Program-made: the position numbers and the translations under genes
NCBI GenBank assembly: GCA_002698305.1
Contig: NZWR01000004.1
Coordinates: forward strand, 4,347 to 68,346
DNA length: 64,000 nt
Reading direction: 5' to 3'
Source of the DNA: Candidatus Campbellbacteria bacterium
GTDB lineage: Bacteria > Patescibacteriota > Minisyncoccia > Phycocordibacterales > UBA1006
The notes under the pieces: model-generated
The model's input: only the letters and a program-made list of their open reading frames with translations
Told to the model about the DNA's origin: nothing
Database searches by the model: none
In this document: piece after piece, positions 27,288-37,441 of the stretch
Layout of the letters: every line of letters begins with the position of its first letter
Numbering within the stretch: the first letter of the stretch is position 1

Positions 27288-28910
27288 ATGAAGAAATTAC
27301 TACGAAATCAACATCATTCGCGTCTCTTTCGCGCTTTTTTGATTATTGGAATAATCGGTATTCTCACTTTACTCTACCAGCTTCACAAAGAAATTACTGT
27401 CCCAGTAATAACTCCAGGTGGATCCTACACCGAGGGCTTGGTAGGTGCACCACGTTTTATTAATCCGATCCTCGCACAAACAATCACCGACCAGGATGTG
27501 ACACGCCTTGTATTCACACCTATTTTGCAAATAACCAATAATTCTACTGAGTACCTATTAGCTGAATCATTTGAAAAAAATTCTTCAGGAAATAAATACA
27601 CGCTAGTACTTAAAGATAATTTGTATTTCAGCGATGGGAATAAACTCGACGCCAATGACGTATTTTTTACGATTAGTCAAATCCAAAATCCTGAAATAAA
27701 CAGCCCTCTTTACCGGCAATGGCAAGGTGTCACAGTAACAAAAATCGATGATCTCACTCTTGAATTCAATTTAGCAGCTGCATACCAGGATTTCATTTAC
27801 AATTTTGAAATTGGCGTTCTTCCCGAACACCTATGGTCACAAACCCTAGGTTCTGATTTTATTTTTGAAAACCTGAATCTCGATCCAATCGGTAATGGTC
27901 CTTTTGCTGTATCATCTTTGAATAGCAATACAAAAAACCTTTCAGCTGAATACACACTTACAAGAAACGAATTAGCTTATGAAAAAGCATATTTAGATCA
28001 CATTCATCTAAAATTCTATGAAAATGTAGGTGCTCTTGAAGAAGCATTAAATAAAGGTAATGTCGATGCTGCCTATGGAATATCAGCTTCAGAAGATCAA
28101 GAGTATGAGGTAAGTAAATCAGTGCTTCCTCGCTCTTTTGGTATCTTCTTCAATACCAAAAACCAAAGCCCTGTATTTACCCAAGAGATACGGAGAGCTA
28201 TCTCCCATGCAATCAATCGAGATGCTTTGGTAAGCGATATTTTTGACAACCAAGCTATCGGACATAATCAATATACGCGATACCAAGCAAGCTCAGAAAA
28301 TATCTATAATCCAACGCTCGCACGAGAGTTAATTAGTAATGAAGGGTTTACTTTGGGAGCTGATAATATTTACCAGAAAGATAACCGCCCGTTGAGTTTT
28401 GAACTGTCAGTTCCGAATGTCGAAGAACTGAACCAGGTTGCTGAATTTGTTAAAAATTCACTTACCAGTATTGGAGTAGAGGTTATTATTGAAACATTTG
28501 ATCAGGGAAATTTTGTCCAAGAAGTACTGCGTCCGCGAGATTATGATGCTATTCTCTATGGTTATGAATTACTCAGACCAAGTGATCTGTATGCATTTTG
28601 GCACTCATCTCAAATAAATGAACCAGGTCTTAACGTCAGCATGTTTGAGTCGAAATCTCTAGATACACACCTAGAGGATCTCCGAAAAGATGGTAGCCAA
28701 GAAGAACTATTATCAGAAATCTCTGAAAGCCTTGTGCAAGCACATCCTGCGATCATATTGTACTCCCCTCTTGGTAGATATATTACAGCTCCACATGTTA
28801 AGGGAATCAGCGCAACCGTCGAGCAGTCGCAAGATAGGTTTGCTGATGTAGCATCATGGTACACAAAAACAAGACGTATGTGGCCATTTTTCACTGATTC
28901 AACCTTATGA
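27288..28910 (+). CDS. ABC-type substrate-binding protein, family 5 (peptide/nickel type), TM-anchored, orphan
   Basis: 540 aa with an N-terminal TM helix. Length and motifs are consistent with SBP_bac_5. No transporter genes adjacent. Confidence 0.6.
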   Translation: MKKLLRNQHHSRLFRAFLIIGIIGILTLLYQLHKEITVPVITPGGSYTEGLVGAPRFINPILAQTITDQDVTRLVFTPILQITNNSTEYLLAESFEKNSSGNKYTLVLKDNLYFSDGNKLDANDVFFTISQIQNPEINSPLYRQWQGVTVTKIDDLTLEFNLAAAYQDFIYNFEIGVLPEHLWSQTLGSDFIFENLNLDPIGNGPFAVSSLNSNTKNLSAEYTLTRNELAYEKAYLDHIHLKFYENVGALEEALNKGNVDAAYGISASEDQEYEVSKSVLPRSFGIFFNTKNQSPVFTQEIRRAISHAINRDALVSDIFDNQAIGHNQYTRYQASSENIYNPTLARELISNEGFTLGADNIYQKDNRPLSFELSVPNVEELNQVAEFVKNSLTSIGVEVIIETFDQGNFVQEVLRPRDYDAILYGYELLRPSDLYAFWHSSQINEPGLNVSMFESKSLDTHLEDLRKDGSQEELLSEISESLVQAHPAIILYSPLGRYITAPHVKGISATVEQSQDRFADVASWYTKTRRMWPFFTDSTL

Positions 28911-29611
28911 TTCGTATAGAAAAATACCTCTCAGAAAACGGGATTATGTCGCGAAGAGAGGCGAAGAAAATGCTTCTTGAAGGAAACATACTTCTCAACA
29001 ATACGCGAGCTCAACCAGGTGACAAACTTAATCCAAAAAAAGATACTTTACAGTATACAGACAAAGTACAGGAATTCTTGGAGAAAAAAGAAACAGTACT
29101 GGTTCACAAACCTCGTGGAGTCGTATCATCAAAAGATAGTGATGGTGAGAAAAATATCTTTGATGTTTTTCCTCAATATGCTCATCTTAATACCGTAGGA
29201 AGACTTGATAAAGAAAGTGATGGACTTATTCTTTTATCAAATGATGGCATGGTAACCAAAGCAATAACAGGAAGAGACCATCTTATTGAAAAAGAATATT
29301 ATGTCACAGTACGAGAAAAAGTTACTAACGATATGATGAGAAAAATGTCTGAAGGTATTAAAATTGAAGATGGATGGACTTTACCAGCAGTTGCAAAGAA
29401 GCGAGGGCCCCATGCTTTTTCAATTGTTTTAAAAGAAGGTCGTAAGCATCAGATCAGACGCATGGCTAATGCTGTCAAACTGACGATTAATTCGTTAACA
29501 AGAGTGCGTATAGACACAATAACTGCACCTAAAATGCTACCAGGAAATTTTAGAACTCTTACTCATAAAGAGATGACGTCATTAAAAGCTGCAACACAAA
29601 AGAAGGTGTAA
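28907..29611 (+). CDS. Pseudouridine synthase, RsuA/RluB family, with S4 domain
   Basis: 234 aa. S4-like N-terminus, catalytic GRLDKESDGLILLSNDG, KHQIRRM. Confidence 0.85.
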   Translation: MIRIEKYLSENGIMSRREAKKMLLEGNILLNNTRAQPGDKLNPKKDTLQYTDKVQEFLEKKETVLVHKPRGVVSSKDSDGEKNIFDVFPQYAHLNTVGRLDKESDGLILLSNDGMVTKAITGRDHLIEKEYYVTVREKVTNDMMRKMSEGIKIEDGWTLPAVAKKRGPHAFSIVLKEGRKHQIRRMANAVKLTINSLTRVRIDTITAPKMLPGNFRTLTHKEMTSLKAATQKKV

Positions 29612-29624
29612 ACACCTTCTTTTT

Positions 29625-30188
29625 TTATTTATCTGAACCAGCTTGGAAATCAAGTTGATTATCAGTTTCAAGCTCAAATGCCAATTCTTGCCCATTAATA
29701 TCTACAACATAGACACCTGCAGGTAAGCCAATTGTTTCCAGAACAATTCGTTCTTCAAAAGCAATTGGTTCAGTACCACAGCTTCCGCTATCTTCTATAC
29801 GAGTAGTGAGTAATACATTGAAGACATTACCATCACGCGTTTGCTCTGAATTGTTCAAATAAACACAATCATTTGCCAACGTTCCATTTACCACCAAAGT
29901 ATGACTTGCTGGGAAACCTTCTGAACTTTCAATTGAAGTTTGATCAATAGATGGAATATTCAAAGGCAAGGCCCCATCACCAATACCATTATCTTGTTCT
30001 ACAGGAATACGGTCATCTGCACTAGGAGCGCTGCCAAACCATCCTTGTGAGTACCCAAGCCATCCAAGAACAGCTAGTAATAGAATAGCAACAATTACAT
30101 ACCAAAGTGTATTATTACCTGAATTCTTTTCTTGTAGTACGACTCCTTCTTGAGAGACGTTATTTTTATCATTGTTATATGGTTCCAT
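29625..30188 (-). CDS. Hypothetical membrane-anchored extracytoplasmic protein
   Basis: 187 aa with a single TM helix (LWYVIVAILLLAVLGWLGY). No family recognised. Confidence 0.4.
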   Translation of the reverse strand: MEPYNNDKNNVSQEGVVLQEKNSGNNTLWYVIVAILLLAVLGWLGYSQGWFGSAPSADDRIPVEQDNGIGDGALPLNIPSIDQTSIESSEGFPASHTLVVNGTLANDCVYLNNSEQTRDGNVFNVLLTTRIEDSGSCGTEPIAFEERIVLETIGLPAGVYVVDINGQELAFELETDNQLDFQAGSDK

Positions 30189-30283
30189 ATTTTTTTTATT
30201 ATTCGGCTAATGTCAATACCATTATATCAAAGTTTAACACCCTGTCATTTAAAAATATTCTAAATAAAGAGGTCTATAGTGTG

Positions 30284-30357
30284 AGCCACCTCCCGGAATT
30301 GAACCGGGGACCTCTGCCTTACCATGGCAACGCTCTAACCAACTGAGCTAAGGTGGC
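30284..30357 (-). tRNA. tRNA-Thr (anticodon GGT)
   Basis: Acceptor GCCACCT/AGGTGGC, anticodon loop ATGGTAA, T-arm CCCGG-TTCAATT-CCGGG. Confidence 0.88.
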
Positions 30358-30382
30358 AAATCTCGAGATGAGATTTTAAGTG

Positions 30383-30456
30383 TGTCGAGGGTGGGAATTG
30401 AACCCACGACCTTAGGTTTATGAGTCCTACGCTCTAACCAACTGAGCTACCCCGAC
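30383..30456 (-). tRNA. tRNA with anticodon CAT, elongator type (Met or Ile2)
   Basis: Acceptor GTCGGGG/CCTCGAC with a paired 1:72, so not an initiator. Loop CTCATAA. Confidence 0.85.
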
Positions 30457-30543
30457 ATGAGTTCCAAGATACCATACTGACAATGATTTTCAACTTTAGA
30501 CGGCTATTGCAAAGGTGTTCTAATATGCTATATTTATCTCGTT

Positions 30544-30620
30544 GCGCTGGTAGCTCAACTGGTTAGAGCACCCGCCTGTCACGCGGGAGGTTGCGGGTTC
30601 GAGTCCCGTCTGGCGCGCCA
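30544..30620 (+). tRNA. tRNA-Asp (anticodon GTC), CCA encoded
   Basis: Acceptor GCGCTGG/CTGGCGC, loop CTGTCAC, terminal GCCA. Confidence 0.9.
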
Positions 30621-30802
30621 GCAACATAGTAAAACATACCTTACATGTACTCCTAGAGTGCAGAAAAAAATAAAACTGAAAGCTTTGCTTTCAGTTTTAT
30701 TTTATATAAAGACAAGTATCCTTCATAAAATTTTGACATATACATTACCCAAATGAAATAAAAACAAAAATCTGAGGGAGAACTTCAGATTTCTGTTAAA
30801 TG

Positions 30803-30873
30803 TTGCGGGGGCTCGATTCGAACGAGCGTCTTCAGGTTATGAGCCTGATGAGATACCATTACTCCACCCCGCG
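30803..30873 (-). tRNA. Initiator tRNA-fMet (anticodon CAT)
   Basis: Acceptor CGCGGGG/CCCCGCA gives the C1:A72 mismatch characteristic of bacterial initiators. Loop CTCATAA. Confidence 0.8.
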
Positions 30874-30904
30874 ATGTGATAGTTATATTACATTAAAATC
30901 ACAT

Positions 30905-31405
30905 TTACGCAAGAAAGCCCGATCCGAGCAAAATACTTTCATAAATCTTAAAAGCACGGAATGCCTCCCTATTATTGAGCTTAAATTGTGCACCTTGATG
31001 AGCTATTTTATTACGCGTCAAGTGAACGTCCCACGCAGAATCCACCCAACTCACTCCTTGACGCTGCATCGCCTTGAGTTTCTCCCCAAAGGTTTCACCG
31101 GGGTACCCTAAGCTTGTTACAAATTCTTCTAACAAAGCATCTGCATTAATAATAGCAATCTTCCATAACTCAGGATCAGAACTATTAAATTGACTTGCAA
31201 TATTTTCCCACACTTTCATTTTTTCACTTTTAACCTGAGGTTCCTTGTTAAAACGCTTAAAGTGATTAAGAAAATCAGTATCATTCTTTTTAGTTATTTC
31301 ACCTAATTCATAAAGAAGATATATTCCAATGAGCAAAAAAACCACTGTCAAAAAAATTGAAAGTGATTGAACGGTTGTCCCTAGTGAACTAAAAAATTCC
31401 TCCAT
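30905..31405 (-). CDS. TM-anchored protein with a DUF4145/HEPN-like C-terminal domain
   Basis: 166 aa with an N-terminal TM helix. The helical C-domain reads AIINADALLEEFVTSLGYPGETFGEKLKAM..AWDVHLTRNKIAHQG and contains an R-x4-H motif. Confidence 0.4.
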   Translation of the reverse strand: MEEFFSSLGTTVQSLSIFLTVVFLLIGIYLLYELGEITKKNDTDFLNHFKRFNKEPQVKSEKMKVWENIASQFNSSDPELWKIAIINADALLEEFVTSLGYPGETFGEKLKAMQRQGVSWVDSAWDVHLTRNKIAHQGAQFKLNNREAFRAFKIYESILLGSGFLA

Positions 31406-31407
31406 GA

Positions 31408-32799
31408 TTATAGTATAGCACGTTCAAAGTCCTTCCCGACCTCAAAAAGTTTTTCTTCACAAAACATCGGTGCAGTAAAATGCATGGCAAATGGCAAGCC
31501 ATTATCATTGAATCCACTTGGAATAGAGATAGCTGGGTTCCCAGAAAGATTATATGGAACAGTAAAAATATCTTCGAGATATAAAGTTATTGGGTCTTTT
31601 TTTTCTCCAAACTTAAAAGGTAAGCTTGGTGCAGTTGGCGTAGCGATAATATCTACTTTTTCAAAAGCTTTTTTGATTTCATCTGTAATTTTTTTTCTTA
31701 ATTTTTGTGCTTTATAGTAATATTCATCGTGATATCCAGAAGAAAGTACATAGGTACCAAGCATAATTCGACGTTGGACTTCTTTTCCAAACCCTTCCCC
31801 TTTGGTATTTTTATACATTTCTTCCAGCGTTGCTCCATCCTTATGCAGACCAAAACGTACTCCATCGTACCGTGCAAGATTTGAAGACGCTTCAGCAGGT
31901 TGAAGAATATAATATACAGCTAGTGCATATTGAATATGGGGAAGTTCAATATCAACCATAGTGTATCCAGCATCCCTCAAAGCATCCAATGATGTTTGAA
32001 AGTTTGCTTTTACCTCATCACTAACTCCTTCACCATTTACAAATGAACGTGGTACTCCGATAACTTTGTTATTAACATTTTTCACCTTAAAAGGCGCTCT
32101 TTTTTCTTCTGGAATACAAGTACTATCTAGCGGATCATAGGTATTAATAGCATTAAAAACAATCTCAGCATCGCGCACATTATTTGTAATAGGACCAATA
32201 ACATCCAAAGAAGATGCCATTGCAATGAGCCCATTACGAGATACTGACCCATAACTTGGTTTTAAACCTACAACACCACACATAGCAGCGGGTTGGCGGA
32301 TAGATCCTCCCGTATCACTTCCCAAGCTGTAGTTAACCATTCCTGCTGCCACAGCCGCAGCTGGGCCGCCTGAAGAGCCTCCTGGGACACGTGTTAGATC
32401 TATTGGATTTTTTGTTGGCCCGTAGTATGAAGATTCTGTCGATGTACCCATTGCTGAGTCATCCATGTTTAATCTTCCTACAATAGTTGCACCATGTTTT
32501 TTAAGCTCTGAAACAACATGTGAATCATAGCTTGCTGTATAGTTTTCTAGAATTTTTGATGCTGCTGATGCACCTCGCCCTTTATATAAAATATTATCCT
32601 TTATCCCCATTGGAATCCCTGAAAGAAGCGTGTCTTTGGTACTATTAGTTTCAATATCTTTGTAAACTTCAACAAAGGCATTAATGTCACTGTCTTTTTT
32701 ATTAATTACATCTAGTGCTGTTTCTAATAGCTCCTCTTTCGAAAATTTATTTTTAGAGAGCGCTGTATATAATTGCTCAATTGTTTGTTGTAAATTCAT
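31408..32799 (-). CDS. gatA: Asp/Glu-tRNA(Asn/Gln) amidotransferase subunit A
   Basis: 463 aa. Amidase signature GGSSGGPAAAVAAG..GSDTGGSIRQPA. Confidence 0.93.
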   Translation of the reverse strand: MNLQQTIEQLYTALSKNKFSKEELLETALDVINKKDSDINAFVEVYKDIETNSTKDTLLSGIPMGIKDNILYKGRGASAASKILENYTASYDSHVVSELKKHGATIVGRLNMDDSAMGTSTESSYYGPTKNPIDLTRVPGGSSGGPAAAVAAGMVNYSLGSDTGGSIRQPAAMCGVVGLKPSYGSVSRNGLIAMASSLDVIGPITNNVRDAEIVFNAINTYDPLDSTCIPEEKRAPFKVKNVNNKVIGVPRSFVNGEGVSDEVKANFQTSLDALRDAGYTMVDIELPHIQYALAVYYILQPAEASSNLARYDGVRFGLHKDGATLEEMYKNTKGEGFGKEVQRRIMLGTYVLSSGYHDEYYYKAQKLRKKITDEIKKAFEKVDIIATPTAPSLPFKFGEKKDPITLYLEDIFTVPYNLSGNPAISIPSGFNDNGLPFAMHFTAPMFCEEKLFEVGKDFERAIL

Positions 32800-33074
32800 A
32801 GTACCTTTTTTACTTGTATGTATGCGGCTTCACGCTGTGGCGCTTCACTCAAAAGTGTTTCAGTAAATACCCCTGATTGATATGCCTCTTCATCACTTCT
32901 CATTGTATTGTCATTTGGACTCCTGCCAGTATGTTCTTCATCAACCTCAACAGAATTAATCAAATCAATATAGCCCAAGATACCCTTAAAATCCTGTGCA
33001 TACTGCTCAAGATCACTATCATCTATCTTAATTTTAGATAAATGAGCTAATTGTTGTATTTCTTCTTTATTCAT
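32796..33074 (-). CDS. gatC: Asp/Glu-tRNA amidotransferase subunit C
   Basis: 92 aa, IQQLAHLSKIKIDDSDLEQY. 4-nt overlap with gatA. Confidence 0.85.
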   Translation of the reverse strand: MNKEEIQQLAHLSKIKIDDSDLEQYAQDFKGILGYIDLINSVEVDEEHTGRSPNDNTMRSDEEAYQSGVFTETLLSEAPQREAAYIQVKKVL

Positions 33075-33106
33075 ACTGTTTAGTATACAAAAATCTATCG
33101 TAATGG

Positions 33107-35092
33107 CTACGATAGATAAGTATTGGTAAAGTTTTGAATATCCATAATAGGGATATCAAGTTCACGTGCCTTAACAAGCTTTGATCCTGCCTTGTTCCCA
33201 GCAAGAACAAAACTTGTTTTACTACTTATGGATGACGTCACCTTACCTCCTCTCCTAGAAATAATTTCCTTTAACTCATCCCTTGAGAAGTTTTCAAAAC
33301 TTCCCGTAATTACTACGGTAGTATCATCAAGGCTAGTATCAATGGTCTCATCCTTCTGTTCTAGTTGTATATGTGTGAGTAGATGAGTTATTATTTTTTG
33401 AGTCGCATCGTTATGAAGATAATCATATAACGAGCGAGCTGTCTTTTCTCCGATTCCATGAATTGCCGCTATTTCTTTTAGGGTTGCATTCATTAGTTCA
33501 TCTACGGTAGTAAATGCTTGCGCTATTAATACAGCAGCTTCTCCTCCAACATGACGAATACCAAGCGCGCGAAGTATAACGTGAAAGGGTCTTCTTTTGG
33601 CTCGGTTAATTGCAGAGATAATATTATTTACAGACTTTTCTTCAAATCCCGGAAGTTTTTTAATCTCTTCTGCCTTAAGAGTATAAAAATCAGCCGGTTC
33701 AGTAATAAAACCTTGATCGTAAAAAAGTTCAACTATTTTTTTTCCGAGCCCTTCAATATCCATTCCATTTTTTGAAGCAAAGAATATTAACTGCCTTTTC
33801 TTTTGGATGACATTATCACCCTTAATATATACATGACTGACTCCGTTTTCAGATGTCTGTGTATGGATCGTGTAGTCGTTTTCTAAAGCCCATGCCTCTA
33901 CATCAATAGGTTTCTCAGAACCATCTCGTAATTCCTTAAGCACTGCCGTTATTTTAGGAATAATATCTCCCGCTTTTTCAAGAATAACCGTATCACCTAC
34001 CTGTAAACCTAAGCGTTCAATCTCGTCAAAATTATGAAGCGTAGCTCTTTGAACCAAAGAACCATCAACCCTAACAGGTTCAACATTTGCAACTGGGGTA
34101 ACAACTCCTGTTCGCCCAATCTGGAACCTTACTGAAGTAACACGAGTTGTTACACTTTCAGCTGGGAATTTATACGCAATAGCATATCGTGGCCCCTTTG
34201 CTGTGTATCCAAGCTGTTGTGCTATTTTTTTATCGTTGAGCTTAATGACCATACCATCGATTCCATATGGTTGATCACTGCGCTTCTCTACCCACGACTC
34301 ATACCATGACTGAATTTCATCAAGCGAAGATGTTACAAGGTAATCGTTATTTACATTGAAACCTTGTTTCTTGAGAAAATTGAGTTCATCAATGTGGTAA
34401 TCAAAAGATTTACTATCTGAATTCAAGTCATAAAAATATGTCGTAAGATTTCTTTTTTTGACTTTATCGCTATCAATTTGCCTTAAGGTACCTGCAGCTA
34501 AATTTCGTGGATTCGCATAGATTTTCTCATTTTTTAACTTCTGTTTTTTATTGATAACTATAAACTCTTCTTTTGAAATCCAAGCTTCTCCAATACATGA
34601 AATATACTCAGGATCAGATATTGTATGAGGAATATCATTAATCGCCTTAATATTATCAGTAATTTTCTCACCTTGAACACCATCACCTCGAGTTGCACCA
34701 TACAAAAGCTTTCCATGTTCATAATCTACAATAACCTTCAGACCATCTATTTTTAATTCGCACACATACTCAAGAGCTGTACGTATATCAATACCAGCTC
34801 TTCTTTTTAATTTTTTATCCCACGCAACAAGTTCTTGAAATGAAAAAACATTATCAAAAGACCACTGCCGATAGCGGTGGTCAACTTTCTCAAAATTACG
34901 ACTCGAAGATGCTCCAATGCTAGAAAATTGCTCTTCCTCACTTGCCACCATATGGTTATAGCGTTCAACCAAACTATCATAGGCAGTGTCGCTTATCTCT
35001 GGTGCGTCCTGATCGTGATACAACTTGTTATGTCGCTCTATTTCCTGGCGCATTTTTTGAATCATATCTTTTTTTGTATCTTTTTGATTCAT
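33107..35092 (-). CDS. ligA: NAD-dependent DNA ligase
   Basis: 661 aa. Adenylation motif CELKIDG, OB fold, HhH repeats and a C-terminal BRCT (VVITGSF..SR.ELK). Confidence 0.95.
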   Translation of the reverse strand: MNQKDTKKDMIQKMRQEIERHNKLYHDQDAPEISDTAYDSLVERYNHMVASEEEQFSSIGASSSRNFEKVDHRYRQWSFDNVFSFQELVAWDKKLKRRAGIDIRTALEYVCELKIDGLKVIVDYEHGKLLYGATRGDGVQGEKITDNIKAINDIPHTISDPEYISCIGEAWISKEEFIVINKKQKLKNEKIYANPRNLAAGTLRQIDSDKVKKRNLTTYFYDLNSDSKSFDYHIDELNFLKKQGFNVNNDYLVTSSLDEIQSWYESWVEKRSDQPYGIDGMVIKLNDKKIAQQLGYTAKGPRYAIAYKFPAESVTTRVTSVRFQIGRTGVVTPVANVEPVRVDGSLVQRATLHNFDEIERLGLQVGDTVILEKAGDIIPKITAVLKELRDGSEKPIDVEAWALENDYTIHTQTSENGVSHVYIKGDNVIQKKRQLIFFASKNGMDIEGLGKKIVELFYDQGFITEPADFYTLKAEEIKKLPGFEEKSVNNIISAINRAKRRPFHVILRALGIRHVGGEAAVLIAQAFTTVDELMNATLKEIAAIHGIGEKTARSLYDYLHNDATQKIITHLLTHIQLEQKDETIDTSLDDTTVVITGSFENFSRDELKEIISRRGGKVTSSISSKTSFVLAGNKAGSKLVKARELDIPIMDIQNFTNTYLS

Positions 35093-35099
35093 GGTAAAT

Positions 35100-35699
35100 T
35101 TAGCTGTTATCTTGAGTATACGTGATACTTATTCTTCTTTCTACAAGACGTGGATCATTGAAATCAGGGAAAATCATATCCCCACTGTTGGTACCATTAT
35201 CATCGACACACACATTAAAACCAACAGCAGTCACGCGAACGTGAACGAGTGCTGGATTTAAATTTGATCTTAAGTTTTTTTCAATTAACGCATACGCACA
35301 CCCACCTTCTGCTTCTTGATTAAGGTATCTCATAACATACGGTGTCGTATACAAATCAGTTCCTCCACTTTCTGATAAATGATAAGAATTGACCGTTCCG
35401 TTTCCGCATGAAAATGATCGTGGTTCTCTACTTCCAGGTGCAGGAGTTGGACTAAAGGGAGTAACTGGATTTGGTGAACCAATACCCTTAAGATCAACAT
35501 ACAAAGCACATTCAAGTGTGGCATCAGCAGCATAGAAGGCAAGCTGTGATTCCCTTGATGACGATGATAGAATTGATGATTTCTGCGTAACATTAAAAAT
35601 TCCTACTGCCATTAGCAAGATAAGTGAAGAAATAAGCACTGCAAAAAGAATAACAAAGCCTTTTTTGTCGCTATTCAATTTTTGATATGTTATAGCCAT
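35100..35699 (-). CDS. PilX-like minor pilin/pseudopilin (hydrophobic N-helix, no canonical cleavage motif)
   Basis: MAITYQKLNSDKKGFVILFAVLISSLILLMAVGIF. Last gene of the minor-pilin run; it overlaps the upstream gene by 10 nt. Confidence 0.4.
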   Translation of the reverse strand: MAITYQKLNSDKKGFVILFAVLISSLILLMAVGIFNVTQKSSILSSSSRESQLAFYAADATLECALYVDLKGIGSPNPVTPFSPTPAPGSREPRSFSCGNGTVNSYHLSESGGTDLYTTPYVMRYLNQEAEGGCAYALIEKNLRSNLNPALVHVRVTAVGFNVCVDDNGTNSGDMIFPDFNDPRLVERRISITYTQDNS

Positions 35700-36229
35700 A
35701 AATATAAATCTTGGGCGTAGGATACTGAACCTCCTGACCACTCAACAAAGACCTCCATAATAATTTCATCTGGATTAGAGCCGAGTTGATTAAGAGTTAT
35801 TCTGCGCGTGAACGCTGTATCCTCATATCCCGTTCCAGGGTTATCATTCACAAATTGTTTATAATCTCTAAAATTAGGGTGGTAAAAGACTTCACATGAA
35901 TTACATGGCCTTAAGGTAATGTCACTTCCTGAGAGAATAAGTGAGCAATTCCCACCTGAAGAAAGGCAATTATCTTGATCAAAAATATCATCCCAAGTAG
36001 TACTTTCATTCACTAGAACAAGTTGAGTGTCACGAATATTCCGAGCACCCTCTACTGCTTCTAGAGCCAAATACTCAGCAATAACCTGATTCTGTGACTC
36101 TCGTGACGACTTCAGCCCGCCAGCAGCAATATTCATAAGGGCCACCAGTGCAAGTGTAAAAATAAATACAGCCACCATCATCTCAATCATCGTAAAACCT
36201 TGTTTAGTTGTATTAAAATTATACATCAT
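35690..36229 (-). CDS. Type IV minor pilin (prepilin-type N-terminal cleavage/methylation motif)
   Basis: KQG|FTMIEMMVAVFIFTLAL. Confidence 0.7.
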   Translation of the reverse strand: MMYNFNTTKQGFTMIEMMVAVFIFTLALVALMNIAAGGLKSSRESQNQVIAEYLALEAVEGARNIRDTQLVLVNESTTWDDIFDQDNCLSSGGNCSLILSGSDITLRPCNSCEVFYHPNFRDYKQFVNDNPGTGYEDTAFTRRITLNQLGSNPDEIIMEVFVEWSGGSVSYAQDLYLWL

Positions 36230-36798
36230 ATATTTAATGTTCTCTGGGAAACAAGTGTCTGTACTACCGTTGAAACTTGGTCGGTATCACGGACATCATG
36301 ACCTGCTAAGGTTATCCAAACTCTTGGTTGTCTATTGTTTCCGCTCGGGGTTTGGCTATTACCGCTTATAGTAAATGATAATTCGTCAATTTGTACTGAA
36401 GTACTATCAGTTAAAGAAAATGTTCCGTTTAATCGAGGAATACTTGCCCCTGACCTATCAAGAACCACGGCCCCGCCACTGAGTGAATAGCGAACTTCCC
36501 CCCTATTATCTGTTGCATCAAAGGTGATCTCATTATTTGTACCATCCCCTGAGCCAATTCCGTCATAGCCATAATTCTTACCAAGTCTAATTTCACGCAC
36601 CATTGTATCAAGGGCATAATTGAGAGCTTGATTAAGATTTTTCTGTTGTTGGGTTTTTTGATATGAATCAAGAATAGTGACAAGTGCACCAATCCCAGAA
36701 GTAATAATAATTGCAAAAATAGCAACAGATACAATGATTTCAACCAAAGTAAATCCTTTTGTTGTGTTTTTCTTTTTATTCATACTCTCTTTTTGCAA
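36226..36798 (-). CDS. Type IV minor pilin
   Basis: TKG|FTLVEIIVSVAIFAIII. 4-nt overlap with the next gene. Confidence 0.7.
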   Translation of the reverse strand: MQKESMNKKKNTTKGFTLVEIIVSVAIFAIIITSGIGALVTILDSYQKTQQQKNLNQALNYALDTMVREIRLGKNYGYDGIGSGDGTNNEITFDATDNRGEVRYSLSGGAVVLDRSGASIPRLNGTFSLTDSTSVQIDELSFTISGNSQTPSGNNRQPRVWITLAGHDVRDTDQVSTVVQTLVSQRTLNI

Positions 36799-37441
36799 TT
36801 ATCCTCCCTGCTGCGGTTACCTCTACATAGAAAGAAACTGATCCATCATTGACGAGTATAGAAGCAAAATCAAAAGTTGTTGAAGGGTTTCCATTAATAC
36901 TTATAAAGGCTTCTGAATAAGGTCTCTGAAAAGCTATGAGTACTGGGTCAGTAACAATATTCCCGCAGTTTGGTGCATTATCACACAAATCAATACCAGA
37001 AATAGATATGCCTGAAGCAATAACTGATCGCTCATCAATCACCCTATCTCCTCCGCTTTGATACACAAAGTTTCTGTTAATATCCTCAAAAATAATCATG
37101 CTATTTGATGCTGGTTCTATATATACCCCTCGTACCGCTCGGTCATCGGCGATATTTGAAATCTCATCATTAAATCCAAATAAGTCATCAGCGTTTGTTC
37201 CTGTGTCGAGTTCCTCGTTACCAATATTTCTATCTGACGACGCGATTCCGTACACCTGAGCTTGTCGTATCGTTAGCGCAACATCTTGAGCCACATTTGT
37301 TTTTTTAATTTCATCTCGGTACTGGTTATAGTTAAAAATTGAAACACCAGACATAATCGAAAAAATAGTGAGCACTACGACGAATTCGATAAGTGAGAAT
37401 CCTTTATTATTTTTTATCTTAGATCTTAGTAATTGTTTCAT
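36776..37441 (-). CDS. Type IV minor pilin (FimT/GspH-like)
   Basis: NKG|FSLIEFVVVLTIFSIM. Confidence 0.7.
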   Translation of the reverse strand: MKQLLRSKIKNNKGFSLIEFVVVLTIFSIMSGVSIFNYNQYRDEIKKTNVAQDVALTIRQAQVYGIASSDRNIGNEELDTGTNADDLFGFNDEISNIADDRAVRGVYIEPASNSMIIFEDINRNFVYQSGGDRVIDERSVIASGISISGIDLCDNAPNCGNIVTDPVLIAFQRPYSEAFISINGNPSTTFDFASILVNDGSVSFYVEVTAAGRIIAKREYE

